Positions 63,972 to 64,000 of a stretch of DNA of 64,000 bases are shown here, piece after piece. The notes below the pieces were generated by a model. It made no database searches and had not been told where the DNA came from. It worked only from the letters and a program-made list of their open reading frames with translations. Positions within the stretch are counted from its first letter, which is position 1. Every line of letters begins with the position of its first letter. Source of the DNA: Sphagnum compactum (Eukaryota). The position numbers were made by a program, and so were the translations under genes. The DNA lies in the NCBI GenBank assembly GCA_965153455.1, contig OZ234493.1, positions 24,046,213 to 24,110,212 of the forward strand. The letters run 5' to 3'.

Positions 63972-64000
<29 letters not shown>
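63972..64000. repeat. (GA)n microsatellite running off the window end
   Basis: gagagaga... read directly. Confidence 0.95.

Overview
Eukaryotic plant nuclear DNA. The intron-rich genes, a bryophyte-type miR408 and the repeat families suggest a moss, probably Sphagnum (inference). Four spliced protein-coding genes could be rebuilt exon by exon with consistent phase: a PLIP-type class-3 lipase (- strand, 5 exons, one GC-AG intron), a NARA5-like pfkB kinase (- strand, 6 exons), a CASP-like membrane protein (+ strand, 3 exons) and a calcineurin B-like Ca2+ sensor (- strand, 7 exons in the window, first exon not found). The ORF track misses a MIR408 microRNA locus (exact mature sequence in a fold-back at about 42.3 kb), which has a dense upstream cluster of GTAC copper-response cores and candidate small ORFs. 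The AT-rich intergenic blocks hold decayed transposons: Ty1/copia, CRE-like RLE non-LTR, hAT, pogo/DDE_1, an LTR-like segment, a non-autonomous Helitron with repeated helicase tails, and several Tourist-type and other MITEs. A dispersed repeat with a 16-bp palindrome recurs upstream of the genes. I found no clearly new biological system. The best leads are the regulatory architecture of MIR408 and the promoter-associated repeat.
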